A stretch of DNA of 64,000 nt from Felis catus. Taxonomy: Eukaryota. This document shows positions 12,830-25,887 of this stretch, one piece after another. The DNA is taken from the NCBI RefSeq assembly GCF_018350175.1, contig NC_058368.1, forward strand, positions 74,836,001 to 74,900,000. Direction: 5' to 3'. Each line of letters opens with the position of its first letter. Positions within the stretch are counted from its first letter, which is position 1. The notes under the pieces are model-generated. The model saw nothing but the letters and a program-made list of their open reading frames with translations, did no database searches and was not told where the DNA came from. Made by a program: the position numbers and the translations under genes.

Positions 12830-14150
12830 TTTATTTTAATTACAAACCACTTTAAACATATGGAAGGGGTACGGGAAATAACAACAGACCCCTATTCACC
12901 AACCCCCAAGATTAAACAGATGTTAACATTGTGCTGTGTTTGTTTCAAGTTTCTTTTTCCGCGTTTCATACAAATGAAACATTACAGGCACCTCTAAAGG
13001 CCCATTATCTCCTGTCCCCACCAACCTCTCCAGATGAACACTTAAATTGATATTTATCATTCATAAAATTGTATGTATTATAGTTTTGATTGCTATCAGC
13101 ATAAAATATATACTAACACATGTGTTAGTTTACCATTTAGTTTTTTTCACTCAACATTAGATTGTTTTTCCATCTTATGCATGGTGACCAACACTGACTT
13201 TCTAATTTAACTCCTCTGGAATATTCCACTGCATAAATAAAACCCAATTCATTTACCCAAAATCTATTTAGAATTCATTTTAGGAATTAGAAATTTCTGG
13301 GGCACCTGGGTAGCTCAATCGGTTAAGCATCCAAACTCGGCTCAGGTTGCGATCTCACAGTTTGTGGGTTCGAGCCCCACGTCAGGCTCTGGGCTGACAG
13401 CTCAGAGCCTGGAGTCTGCTTTCAACTGAAGCTTTGGATTCTGTGTCTCCCTCTCTCTCTGCCCCTCCCCTGTTCACGAACTGTCTCTCTTTGTCTCTCA
13501 AAAATGAATAAAAACATTAAAAAAAAGAAATTAGAAATTTCTACTGTTTTGCTATTGTAAAGGGGGCTGCACTGAACATTCATGTGATAATGTCCCTTGG
13601 CTGATATGCAGTTTCCCCAGGGTAGATAGCTAGAGGTGGGATTTTCCGCTCTATTTAATACTCCTAAACTGTTTTCTAATGCGGTCGGACTAATTAATAC
13701 ACCTTCACCTTACCAAAACTTGATATGATCTGGTTATGTTAAAACTTAATCTGATTATTGTGAAAAAATATGCCTTGGTATTTATTGATCATAATGGCCT
13801 CTCCGTGAGAATAAAAATATTTTCATGTGTCTATTCGGCATTCAGTTTTCTTGGTCTGGGCGTTGAAATCCATGGGGGCAGTTTTTCCTTTTATGTTGTT
13901 TGTGCATGTCTGAGCCTTTTAAGAAACCATTCAAACTTGAAATTGTAAAGATACTGTGATCATTTCCTCTAATTATTATAGATTTATTATTCAGATGTTT
14001 TACTTAAAACATGTGGAATTTTTATTGAATGTGAGGCAAGAATCTAAATAGCTGAAATGTATACAATTATACATGGTTGCCTGTTTCTGGGCTCCCTCGT
14101 TTCATCCAATGTCTATTTGTTTTTCCTTGTGCTAATAGAACACAGGGCTG
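12830..14150 (-). mobile_element. Very old L1 (L1ME-like) fragments
   Basis: Degenerate antisense L1 3' text, e.g. tttttcactcaacatt and ttttcatgtgtctattcggcatt. Confidence 0.5.
13299..13528 (+). mobile_element. Can-SINE
   Basis: TSD aattagaaatttct 13285-13298 / 13529-13542; short internal insertion near 13421-13435. Confidence 0.95.
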
Positions 14151-14152
14151 TT

Positions 14153-14365
14153 GGGGCGCCTGGGTGGCTCAGTCGGTTGGGCGGCCGACTTCGGCCCAGG
14201 TCATGATCTCACGGTTTGTGAGTTCGAGCCCCGCGTCAGGCTCTGTGCTGACAGCTCAGAGCCTGGAGCCTGTTTCGGATTCTGTGTCTCCCTCTCTCTG
14301 ACCCTCCCCCATTCATGCTCTGTCTCTCTCTCTATCTCAAAAATAAATAAACGTTAAAAAAAAAA
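14153..14365 (+). mobile_element. Can-SINE
   Basis: TSD agaacacagggctgtt 14137-14152 / 14366-14381. Confidence 0.97.
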
Positions 14366-14474
14366 AGAACACAGGGCTGTTTATGTGATATCGTCATTAT
14401 GTCCTAACGGCTGAGAATAGCTCTCTTTCTCTTCTTCATCTCCTTCCCCTTCCTTCTCTTCGTCCTTCATTTTT

Positions 14475-15100
14475 AATAATTAAACTTTATTTTTAGGACG
14501 CTTTTAGATGAGAGAAAAACGGAGTGGAAAGTAGAAACAACTCCCATATACCCCCTGCCACCCCTCCCACAGCCTCCTTCACTATCCACATCTAAGATGG
14601 TTACAATCAATGAACCTACACTGACACATCCTTAGCACCCAAAATGACAATATGCCCTTGGTACTCTGCATAATACTCCGTGTCTTTCCATGCTCTGATA
14701 CCTCATTTTTTTTAAGTGCTGAATAGCATTTCTTTGTCTGGATCCTACCAGTTCATTGAAGGAAATTTCCGTTGCTTCCAAGTTGGATGATGATGAGTAA
14801 ATCGGCCATACATGTCCATGTGTGAGGTTCTTCGGTGGCCCGAAGTTGAAGTGCAATTGCTGAATGACTCAGTAGAATATGTTTCGTTGCGAAAGAAATC
14901 ACCCACCCATCTTCCAAAGTGTCTGTGCCATTTTGCATTCCCACCAACAGTGAATAAGAATTCTTGTGTCTCCGTGTCCTTGTCAGCATTTGATGTGGTC
15001 AGTGTTTTGGATGTTGGCCATTTAGATAGGTATGTCGTTGTATCTCTTTGTTTTAGTTTGCAATTGCCTATGAATATCTGATGCTTGGCATCTTTTCCAC
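14475..15100 (-). mobile_element. L1M (L1MB/MC-like) 3' fragment
   Basis: Antisense of the same family as 2385-3160 (ccattttgcattcccaccaacagtgaa; caatcaatgaacctacactgacacat). Confidence 0.82.
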
Positions 15101-15608
15101 TCGCTCTTTTGTGTTCTTCTTTAGACTTATCTCTGCAACTTTTGGCCCTTTACATGATTTTTTTTTAACGTAACATTTGAATTTCCTAATTTGCCTCTAT
15201 TTTGTTTTCATTTCAATAAATTCTGTTTCTTTTTATATACGTCTATTCCTTTTCTTCTAGCATCCCTTGTTTCTTACACATTCGATTTCTTTTTTTACAT
15301 TCTTAATTATAATTCTTAAACATGCCTATTTAAGGTTTTTTTCAGAATGTCTATTATCTGAAGAAATTAGATTTGCATCCCTATATTGGTCGTCTCTGTT
15401 GAATTTTTCCACGGTGGATTGCTGTTTATGCAAGTTCTTCTGCATCATAGCTTTGTGTCCCAAATTAAGGATATCTTCCTTGAGAGTGGCTTTGCTCATT
15501 TCTAGCTGTCATTTTTAATTTGAGAGTTCTTAAATCATGCAGGGAATATAACTTTGAACTCCCAACCCAGAAGTTGATAGGAACCCAAATTTAAAAGTAC
15601 CACGGAAT

Positions 15609-15796
15609 GGGGCGTCTGGGTGACTCAGTAGGCTGAATGCCTCTGACTGTTGATTTTGGCTCAGGTCATGATCTCGAGGTTTGTGAGTTCCAGCCCCACA
15701 TCAGGTTCTGGGCTTTCAGCAGGGAGCCTACTTGGAATTCTCTCTCTCTCCCTCTCTCTCTGCCCCTCCCACCTCTCACAATAAATAAATAAACTT
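15609..15796 (+). mobile_element. Can-SINE, older
   Basis: ggggcgtctgggtgactcagt head; aataaataaa tail running into (TTAA)n. Confidence 0.9.
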
Positions 15797-16005
15797 TAAT
15801 TAATTAATTAATTATTATAGAAGTCCCTCCCCCGCCCCCACACCTGGGCTTCAATCAACACCAAACAGTCCCTGTTGTTGTTGTTTTTTTCTTACTCGTG
15901 AGATAATTATTTCTAGCCTATTACTTCTAGAAAGATGTAGCATGTAAGGGCCATAATTTATTTGAACTTTCTCCATCTCGCCATCTCATGTACTTCCAAC
16001 GTCTC

Positions 16006-16194
16006 TTTTTAGTTTTAGAGAAAAAAGAGAATATGGGTGGGGGAGGGGGAAGAGAAAGAGAATCTTAGAATCTTAAGCAGACTCCACCCTTAGCACAGAG
16101 CCCGACGGGGGGTTGGATCTCAGGACCCTGGGATCATGATTGGAGCTGAAATCAAGAGTCTGATGCTCAACCAACTGAGCCACCCAGGTGCCCC
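16006..16194 (-). mobile_element. Can-SINE, older
   Basis: Ends gagccacccaggtgcccc. Confidence 0.9.
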
Positions 16195-16533
16195 TGTTGT
16201 CCATATTTTAACTTTTGTCCGTGCAATGCTACTAAAAGCCACGCCCTTAGATTGCTGAAACTTACATCACTAAGAACACCCACACACACCCACCCCCCCC
16301 AACACACACACAAATCTGGGGCGATCACAACAGCAACTCCCACACTAACTACGCTGCTTTTCAGTCTAAGATACTTTGCTTTTCTGAAATTCCCTTCCTA
16401 AACCTGTTTCTTATTCTCAACCAGTATCTTGTGTCCAATGCACAACGATTTCAGTTTATATATTTTATCATATTGTCAGAATAAAGAAGGGACTCACTTA
16501 CAGTTATGATTTATTTCCAACGTTGTATTTTTA

Positions 16534-16756
16534 TTTTTTAAACTTACATCCAAGTTAGTTAGCACATAGTGTAATAATGATTTCAGGAATAGAATGGAAT
16601 GATTCATCCCTTACGTATAACACCCAGTGCTCATCCCAACAAGTGCCTCCCTCAATGCCCCTTACCATTTAACCCATCCCCCCACCCACAACCCCCTCCA
16701 GCAACCCTCCGTTTGTTCTCTGTATTTAAGAGTCTCTTATATTTTGTCCCCCTCCC
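16534..16756 (-). mobile_element. 5'-truncated carnivore/felid L1 3' end
   Basis: tataacacccagtgctcatcccaacaagtgcc motif; ~18 bp TSD tccaacgttgtattttta / tccaacattttattttta. Confidence 0.85.
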
Positions 16757-19464
16757 TCCAACATTTTATTTTTAAATCTATCTTTACTTTTTTAATTGTT
16801 GTATGACCTGTTGACAAAAACCAAACCAAAACAAAAAAACTTACTTAGTTAGGCACCATCTTGGATCAGGAAACCCGTGTAGACAATGTGAGGCACAGTT
16901 GTATCAAATCATCCATGTGATGTGCTTGAGAGTCGGTCTTTCCCTCCGTCCTCCTGGCTTTCCTTTCCCTTCCTTTCCTTTCCTTTCTCTTAAGATGGCT
17001 TTCCCCTGCGCGGTATCACATTTTTCCCAAGTGACCCTACCCATTTACTTTCTGTATAAATATAATGATTATTTATTTCTTCGTTTATTCTCCACTAAAA
17101 CAAAATCATGTGACTCTTTCCTTATGTTCTTGGCAGATGTTTTCCAAGTTTGGTTCTGATGGGTAAGTGTACATTCTTGAACACAGTTTCGGATGAGATG
17201 ACAGACCTCAAGAGTGGCTGGGCCTGGATGGTGTGCTCCCCTAGGGAAGGGAGGGGACAGATCAGTCCACCCTCCTGAACTAAATGCCATGGGGACCGAA
17301 CACCCCACCAGCACCCGGAAGACCGCAAGCTCTGGAGTGTGGCCCCTGCTATTCGCTGGAGAGGTGGGGGGAGGGTGTCTCTTCTCCTCTCCCGTTAAGC
17401 CCTTCAACACCACCAAGTGTTTTGTTTCACCCAAGCCTTTTGTAATAGCCTCGGAAATGGTTATGGAAGAAAGGAGGAGGAGGAAAGAAGAGGAAAGGAG
17501 GAAGTAGAGAGGGAGAACAGAAACTCATGCCAGGAAAGGTTAAAACGTTTTCCAGCATCATAGCCAGTTCATGAAAGAGCTGACAGGAGAACCCAATTTC
17601 CACTGACCCAGTCAACTGAACATTTTTATTCCATGCATATTCCTAAGTGACTACAGAAAACATTTATCATGCTGGTGAGGAAAAGAAAACCTAATGAAAC
17701 TGAAAACTGAAAGAAAAAAGCATTTACGTTCTCCTTTATTTGAATAGTTCATGGAGAGCATTCATTTTCAATGGGTAAGGTTTCAGAATGTCCTATTTTA
17801 CCATTTGGTGTTAAATTCCCATTTCTTTGCAGTGCTCTCATGTTTTGTTCCGTTGCTTTTCTCTGGTTCAATGTTACCTTCAGGTTCTTCTCAAAGTAAC
17901 AACACAGCAGTGGATAGCCCTGATCTCAGGTCCTCACATCTTAATGTCAGGGTAAGAGCGAATGCCTCCCGCAGGGGCTGCCGTGGAAGGAAGGGTGGCA
18001 GGCTTGACTTTCAGAGTCATAGATAAATGTTCCGCAGTGCTCTGCTCACTGACTTCATCGTGCGGCACAGACCAGCTCTCCTGGCTTCACAGAGGGGACG
18101 TGGCTGATGGAGTGACTTCAAATAGGGCCACCCTGAACGGTGGATTGGGCCAACCCCCAAAGACCTACGTGATGCGAAATATGAATGTTTTGTTTCAAAA
18201 AGGAAATCTGGAGGGCTGTAAACAGGAAGGAAGGAAGATAAATGGAGAATATTCAGTTCATATTAAAGCGATTACGAAAACCTGACTCATGGAACCTGTT
18301 CTATCCATCCGAATGTCTTCTTCGCACCTTTCCATTGTTGACTTCCTCCCGCACTGCACGTCCAATGCTTGTCCATTCTCCACATTTTCCTCTCCACTAC
18401 TGCAGTGATCTGCCTGACTTCGAAGAAGCCTGGCCCCAAGTACTTGATTCTCCACACCTTCCCCGCAAAAGGAAGTCATTCATAAGCCTAAAACTTCTTT
18501 CTTCCCTCTCGCTCGCTTCTTCTAGGCCAGCATAAACTATGACACTGTTTATGTCAACAGAGTGTAATCAGCAAAGGGATAATGCACATGCTATTGTCCA
18601 GACTGAACTGCAGGGGATTCGTTTCTACTTGATAGTTTTGAAAACTTGTCAATATACCACAGCCACAAGAGCCACTGAGCTTAACCAGATGTGAGAGTCT
18701 GGCTGGCCCTGTCAGTCCCAGAGGGGGGCCTGGGCTAGATTTTAAAATCTTTGACCTCATGCTCACCCTCCGGCAACAGAAGCAACAATCCAAAGTGCTT
18801 TATCTTTCTTGGACTCTGGCTCTTTTTCTACAGATGTGCCACTTGTATTTTTAGGATTTTCTTTCTCCACTTTTTCTGTTATAATCTTTCTTTTGGGGAC
18901 CTGGGTGAAAGGAGGTAAATGATTTTCCTTTAATTCCTGAGGGGAAGTCAGATAAGAAGATAAGATGTCATCTTGCCAGGTTAAAGTAAGTCAGAAGCAT
19001 GTTTTAATACCTTACAGATGTATAAAATTTTGGTTTACAAATCTCTTCTGTGTGTATCAGCTAAAATCTCAGAAAGGCCCTGTGGGCTAGAAGGCCCAGA
19101 AAGTTGAAATAACACATCCAGGATCACATTCCCATGGTGTCATAAAGATGACCAAAAGAATCTAGTTGCAATGCCAATGCTTGTCATAAGCGTCTCTCTC
19201 GTTCCTCAGTGGGGGCCGGATCTTGTAGAATAGGGAAAAACTCATGCATTTATTCACTTAGTTTTACTTGCTGTTTACTTTTCTTTGATTTGCTCTCATG
19301 TCTGCTGCATCGTTGAACGTTGTTGTACGATTTTTCTGTGTCCTAACAGTTTTGCTTCCCAATTGTACTTTGAATTTCTTTATAGCGAAATAAGCAAGCA
19401 AGCCCGATAATAGTCCGAGCACATTCACTGAATCTGCTTGGCATAAGGCACTGATTTGCCAATG

Positions 19465-19780
19465 TTGGCAGAGAGTAGAGTGGTGGTTGCTGGCTGGAAA
19501 ATGGGGAGATGTTGGTCAAAGGGTAGACAGTTTCAGTTAAGCAGGATACGTAGGTTCTGGAAATCCTATTTATAGCATTGGACCTATATTTAGCAATAAT
19601 GTATTAAATACTTGAAATGTACTTAGTACATCTGAATTGTTCTCACTAAAAACGAGAAGCTGTGTCAAGTGATAGATGTCTTCCCCTGATGATGATAAAC
19701 ATTTCAGTACGTATGCATATATCCAGATATCACGTTGCATTTCTTAAACACGTACACTTTATATGAGTCAGTTGTCTCTC
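19465..19780 (+). mobile_element. L1MA-like 3' UTR fragment
   Basis: gagagtagagtggtggttgc...gggagatgttggtcaaagggta... Confidence 0.8.
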
Positions 19781-21586
19781 CATAAAGCTGTAGACTGAGA
19801 AGTCAAGGTTAACGATTGCCCATGGGTCGCACTCAGGAGAAGCCATTTTCAGGTACAAGGACACAATCAAGTTAGCGATTCTGTGAACATCTGTGGTCCT
19901 GGAATTAGAACACATAGAAGGACCCAGTGGTATTTTCTATCTTTACCTCGAAATTTTTAAGCATTCAAAGTAAATCCAGAGCTGTTAGGGAGAGACTAAA
20001 CAGTGACATTGCAGCGGTCGGTGGGCCCCCGTGTATCAATTCTCTGTTCCCAACTCAGTGGCAGCACCCGTGAAAAAGTGCAAGGGCTTAGGCAGGATGG
20101 CTTTCTGGTGTCCCAGGCGAGGATGGGTCCTAAGCAGGGCTCCCAGGATTCCCACTCACCCTGTCACTAACCAAACATAGACGCCAGTGAGGCTGTCACC
20201 TGTGGATGCTGAAGGGATCGTGTGGCTTCTAACACGAACGTCTGAGACGTCTCTGACCGTGGGTCCAGCATGGAGAAGAGATTGGTGGTATTCTAGAATA
20301 TGCACAACTGTGGAGAAATTAGGCCATCTCCTACCTAACCTTCTCACATATTGCTTGGCAGAGAGATGCTCTTTCATGTGATGATACACAGCTTCAACTT
20401 CTGCCGAACGACATTTAGTATCATCATACCCCAAGTATGAAAGGCAGAGATGGGATAGCACAGGAGGTGTATTTAGACCCATGACCCAGGTTAAGCACGG
20501 CAGAACAAACATCTGACTTTATCTCTATGCTCCCCAGAAACCCAGTTCAAATGTCAATACCGTACAAGAGACAAGCAGTGATGACTGTCTACACCCCTCG
20601 TCACTTACTCCCTTCCAGAATAGAGGGTAAGAAATCATGTATATATTCCCCATACCCTTGTGTTTGAAGATTTGGCTCTATGACTCCGTTGTGGCCTCAC
20701 AGGTAGAGGAAACTGTGTCCTCAGACCGCACTCTAGGAACTGTTTTCCTCTTGAAGAAATAATAGATGTTGCTCTAACCTGAAAGAGAGCGTAAAGGAGG
20801 TATGTATTTTTGTAGTCAAATCGTGAGATGGCAACTGGATATCCACTGATACATTCATCGCTCTTCTGGGCCTCCGATTCAGTTTCCAGTTTGTGGAATA
20901 TTCTTTCGGAATAGCTCTGGTTTCCCGATGACGCTCCTGACATATACACCTGATGAGAGCTTCATTTTTGTCATTACGAGGTGGCCTTCTTGTGGTTATC
21001 GACAAAAGAAATCGGAGCTAATTCTACAGTGCCACATGATATGGGTTAAGAGAACAGTGTCGTTAGAAGAACTTGCAAGACAAAGGTCAGCAAGAGAAGA
21101 GAAGACAGAAATCCCCCCACCCCACCTCTCATTTCCTCCGTAGAGACGCGGACCCAGAACGTAACATGCCGGTGGGTGTATGTGGCCCCTGTTGCCCTCA
21201 GTAATTACATGGCAAGCATGGGAGCAGCCCCCCAGGAATAACTGGAGAGGACCACTTGGTCCCTTGGCAGTTGGGGTTTGCACAGCAGCTGTGCACATAC
21301 ATCACCTCAGAATGCAGGCTTCCAGAACCTGGGGAACATGGAGCTCACAGGACCGGCTCCTCGGCAGAGGATTGGTGCTGGTCCTCATGCTGGGAGAAGG
21401 TGAAAGCCCCAGTTCTTGTTGGCTCAAGGTCCAGGCAGCCCAGAGTGATTTCTAGAAAGAATCCTGCCTCTTTCTGTATGATCCAGCATGGTCTAAATCA
21501 GTGTTCAGGCCTAGAATATTTGCCTTGGATGTAAAAATTATAGATTTTGTCCAAGACTCGGGGATTAACTCTTCTGGGAATAAATA

Positions 21587-21589
21587 TTT

Positions 21590-21637
<48 letters not shown>

Positions 21638-21650
21638 TCCTTATTTCTTT
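21587..21650. repeat. (TTTC)n tetranucleotide microsatellite
   Basis: Seen directly in sequence. Confidence 0.95.
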
Positions 21651-22799
21651 CTTAGATTCTTTGGAGAAATTGGTAGAAATTAGGCAGTAATCTAATTTTA
21701 GCTCCACAACAATTTTGCTCGGATTTAGTTACAACCTTCATCCCTTGGAGTAAAAATGACATTCGTTGTTTTCCACCCATGAAGACGAATTAACCCAGAA
21801 GGATTCCAGAACTATTGAGAAAGCGTGATGCTGTACACATAATCTAGCATAAATCAAGTTTTGATTGGACATTATGGCAGGATTAGCTTGCATGGAGTCA
21901 TGGTGATACATCAAAAATACACCCTTAATTGTCGAGAGATGATTTTTTGTCTAATACAGTTGGAAAACGTGCCCAGGGAAATGTAAGATGTGAGATCAGA
22001 TGGCCTGGTAATATTATGAATATGTTAAATACCCATTTCAATGTATCCAAATTAGTGAAATGTCTATAGTTTATGAGAAAAATTATTTTCTACAGGTCTT
22101 CATTTACATTCACAAATTCTACTAGTTCTTGTCCTTTCCTATTTGAATATAATATTGGCATATGTCAAATGCATTCATAAGTTTTCATTTTGGCACTATA
22201 TATATATATTTTTTGTATTTTAAGTGTTTAATTTACACATTCATCTACAGGAAAACAATACATATAATTTTATAATTCCTAAGTACACTCATGTTTCCTA
22301 TAACCATCATGAGCGCTCGAAAGATCAGTAATATATTTTCTATGATACTGTAGCAACTCAGAGCCCAAATTATAATTTATTTTATGTAAAATCGTAATGA
22401 TTCTTTTTATCGACGCACAGTTTTCCTAAAGGAATGCTTTTGTGCATTACACAAAGCACTTCATCAACTTTAAATTCTCTAACAAATCATAAGGACAAAT
22501 ATACTCCCATTCTCCATGTCTATTTTGAAAAGTAATACATTTTCAGTTAGGGAGAAAATAATCTCAAAGGTAGTCAGATTTCAAACTGTAGTGCGTGTGT
22601 GTGTGTGTGTGTCTCAATGCCTCAATTTCCCTGAGCAACTACTAGATAAACAGCATAAGTACAGATTCAGAGGCACAAGAAATCTTAGTTTTATTTAGTT
22701 CAAATTAAAGCTTCCACATAATGGGTAAATTATTAAAGAACATATTGCAAATAAGTGGCACATTTAGAAATGCATTTTAGATTTATTTTCTATTATTAT

Positions 22800-22983
22800 T
22801 ATTATTTTAAAGTATACTTTTGAGCGAGCACAAGTGAGGGAGGGGCAGAGAGAGAGAATGTCAAGCAGACCCTACACTGTCAGCACAGAGCCCAACGTGA
22901 GGCTCAAACTAACAAACGGAGATTATGGCCAGAGCCGAAAACAAGAGTTGGGTGCTTAACCGACTGAACTACCCAGGTGCCCC
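22800..22983 (-). mobile_element. Can-SINE, older
   Basis: Diverged reverse copy ending acccaggtgcccc. Confidence 0.9.
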
Positions 22984-23469
22984 TAGATATTTTTAAATTA
23001 TCCATTTACAAAGCCAATCTATACCAAAAAGCAGAATTGGTGTTTCACTTCAGCTCCTCTTCACCTCGGACACGTGTTCCATTCCAATGTTTCTTAAATA
23101 AGAATGAAACTATGAAGGATAGAGAAGACAGATTCCAATTCATTTATTTCCTCTAAAAGCTAACAGAGGGGGGACCATGGGAAAGAAAAACGGGTGAGCT
23201 ACTGTGCTTGCTTTATAAAGAAATATGCAGAAGTAAGTAAAACTACATTTTTCTTACAAGAGACAGAAAGATGGAAGATAAATAGATAGCAGACAGATGC
23301 TAACTGCATCCGTGATATAGACAGATGATCTCTAGCAATGTTATAGGATTACTATTTATTAAATTCATTTGATTCAGAATGACGATTATGATTATTTTTA
23401 TATTCAAACATATACAACATATTTTTTTGTGAGCTATTTCAATAGCATCACGGTCTTGTTAATACTTTC

Positions 23470-23644
23470 ATTTTTTTAGCGGGGAGCGGAGGAAACAGGA
23501 CACAAGGAGAGAGAGGTTCTTAAGCAGACCCCATTCTCAGCACAGAGCCCGACACACGGACCTTGATCCCATGACCCCGGGATCATGACCTGAGCCAGAA
23601 TCAAGAGTCTGATGCGTAACCAACAGAGCCACCCAGGTTCCCCC
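23470..23644 (-). mobile_element. Can-SINE, old subfamily
   Basis: gatcatgacctgagccagaatcaagagtc...gagccacccaggttcccc. Confidence 0.88.
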
Positions 23645-23726
23645 TTATTAATACTTTTTTTATACAGTAAACTTTCAGTGTATATGATGCATTGCTGTGA
23701 ATTTCTTATTTCCACCAATTTTAAAC

Positions 23727-23941
23727 TTTTTTTTTTTTCAACGTTTATTTATTTTTGGGACAGAGAGAGACAGAGCATGAACGGGGGAGGGGCAGAGAGA
23801 GAGGGAGACACAGAATCGGAAACAGGCTCCAGGCTCCGAGCCATCAGCCCAGAGCCCGATGCGGGGCTCGAACTCACGGACCGCGAGATCGTGACCTGGC
23901 TGAAGTCGGACGCTCAACCGACTGCGCCACCCAGGCGCCCC
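23727..23941 (-). mobile_element. Can-SINE, young
   Basis: TSD tccacc(a/g)attttaaa 23711-23725 / 23942-23956. Confidence 0.97.
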
Positions 23942-23991
23942 TCCACCGATTTTAAAAAATGTGTTTGTACCTTAATAACACTAACAATATG

Positions 23992-24218
23992 GGGGCACCT
24001 GGGTGGCTCAGTCAGTTGAGTGTCCGACTTTGGCTAAGGTCATGATCTCGTGGTTCGAGTCCTGCTTCGGGCTCTGTGCTGATAGCTCCGAGTCCGGAGC
24101 CTGTTTCAGATTCTGTGTCTCCCTCTCTCTCTCTGCCCCTCCCCTGCTTGTGCTCTGTCTCTCTGTATCTCTCTCTCAAAAATAAATATTCAAATTTTTT
24201 AATTAAAAAAAATTTAAA
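23992..24218 (+). mobile_element. Can-SINE
   Basis: TSD aataacactaacaatatg 23974-23991 / 24219-24236. Confidence 0.96.
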
Positions 24219-24321
24219 AATAACACTAACAATATGAATTACATGTTTATGGGACTAAACATGGTAATGCACTATTACATTTTAATTTAGACATATGAAT
24301 TTTTAAATCATGATTTATTTA

Positions 24322-24546
24322 TTTATTTTTTTAATTTTTTTTTCAACGTTTATTTATTTTTGGGACAGAGAGAGACAGAGCATGAACAGGGGAGGGGCAG
24401 AGAGAGAGGGAGACACAGAATCGGAAACAGGCTCCAGGCTCTGAGCCATCAGCCCAGAGCCCGACGCAGGGCTCGAACTCACGGACCGCGAGATCGTGAC
24501 CTGGCTGAAGTCGGACGCCCAACCGACTGCGCCACCCAGGCGCCCC
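24322..24546 (-). mobile_element. Can-SINE, young
   Basis: TSD aaatcatgatttattta 24305-24321 / 24547-24563. Confidence 0.97.
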
Positions 24547-24759
24547 AAATCATGATTTATTTAGATTAAAGCAAGTTTTCTTAAAACAAAATAGAAACTA
24601 CTTTGCTTTTTAAAAATAAATGATGATCACGCCTCTCTGCGTATATTGTGTTCATCTGTATTTGTCAGAATCTGATCTTTAGGAAGCACCTATCCAAATA
24701 CCGTGGTTCATTTGAAGAGCATAGAAAGCCATCTCCATACACACAATGATGAATCTTCA

Positions 24760-25220
24760 GTGCTTCCCAAATATCGCTGATGGTGAATGCGCGGCAACCA
24801 TAGACTCAAAGGCTATCTCACATTTAAATATCCCGAAGAGTTTGTTTTTTCCATTTTCTCCCAGAGAAGATTCTTGCTGAAAGGACCAAACTATCACCAA
24901 ATTCTGGACGGCGGTCAACTGAATTTTCTCTTTATTAACTTGGAGTGATTCAGGCGTTCTGATCTCAGCCTGAACATCTCTGCTCCAGCCTTGATATTTA
25001 CATCCTGTAAGTACTTGTAAACAATTACCATATCCCCTACTTAGTTGTCTGTTAGCCAAGCTAAACAGATTGAGCTCTTTTAATCTTTTCTCATAAATCA
25101 ATCTCTCCATTCCCTTAATTACTCCTGATGTTCAGTTTTGAACTTACTCCAATATGCTCATCATATTTCTAATACTCCGTTTCCCAGAACCAAAGTAGTT
25201 TTGTTAATGGCCTCATGTTT
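24760..25220 (-). mobile_element. CR1/L3 LINE fossil, ORF2 C-terminal region
   Basis: Minus-strand translation LE*VQN*TSGVIKGMERLIYEKRLKELNLFSLANRQL matches the CR1 ORF2 motif LERVQRRATKMIKGLExLSYEERLRELGLFSLEKRRL. Confidence 0.85.
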
Positions 25221-25665
25221 AAAATTGTGCTTATTCAATTGAAACAACGGCAGCAAAAGATGTTTTCTACGGGGCTCGGTTCTCTGTGGTTACCCAGGAT
25301 GGAAACATCCCTATCAGGACACTCATCACAGAATGTATTCCTTTTTCCCTCTCTGTGGCCTTGTGCCAAAGCACGGGGCTAACATATGAGATGTGAAGGG
25401 TAATGGCTTTAAGATTGTCTGGGATGAGTACGAAGACGTTTCCTCTTAAAAAAAACAGAGAGAGAGAGAGGGATACTGTTTCACGATATAAATAGGAGAG
25501 CGAGTTCATTTCTGCACATTAGCTTGGCTGACTTTCCCCACAGCTATTGTAGGCCAAGACATAGGTATCTCCTCACCACATCAATTCTGATGTAAATCAA
25601 GGCTCTACTATTGTTGTTGCTGTTGTTGTTTAAATAAATCCGCCCTTTGAAAATAGGAGCTGTAA

Positions 25666-25887
25666 GGGGAAGCTGGGTAGTTCAGTTGGTTGAGCATCTA
25701 ACTTCAGCTCAGGTTATAATCTCATAGTCCTTGGGTTCAAGCCCCGCGTCAGGCTCTGTGCTGACAGCTCAGAGCCCGGAGCCTGCTTCGGGTTCTGTGT
25801 CTCCCTCTCTCTCTCTGTCCCTCCCCCGCTCATGCTCTCTCTCTCTCTCTCTCAAAATTAAACAAACATCAAAAAGTTTTAAAAAAA
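25666..25887 (+). mobile_element. Can-SINE
   Basis: Full-length, moderately diverged. Confidence 0.92.

Noticed and set aside
25487..25494. TATAAATA TATA-box-like motif
   Set aside because: Isolated 8-mer with no downstream gene or other promoter evidence.
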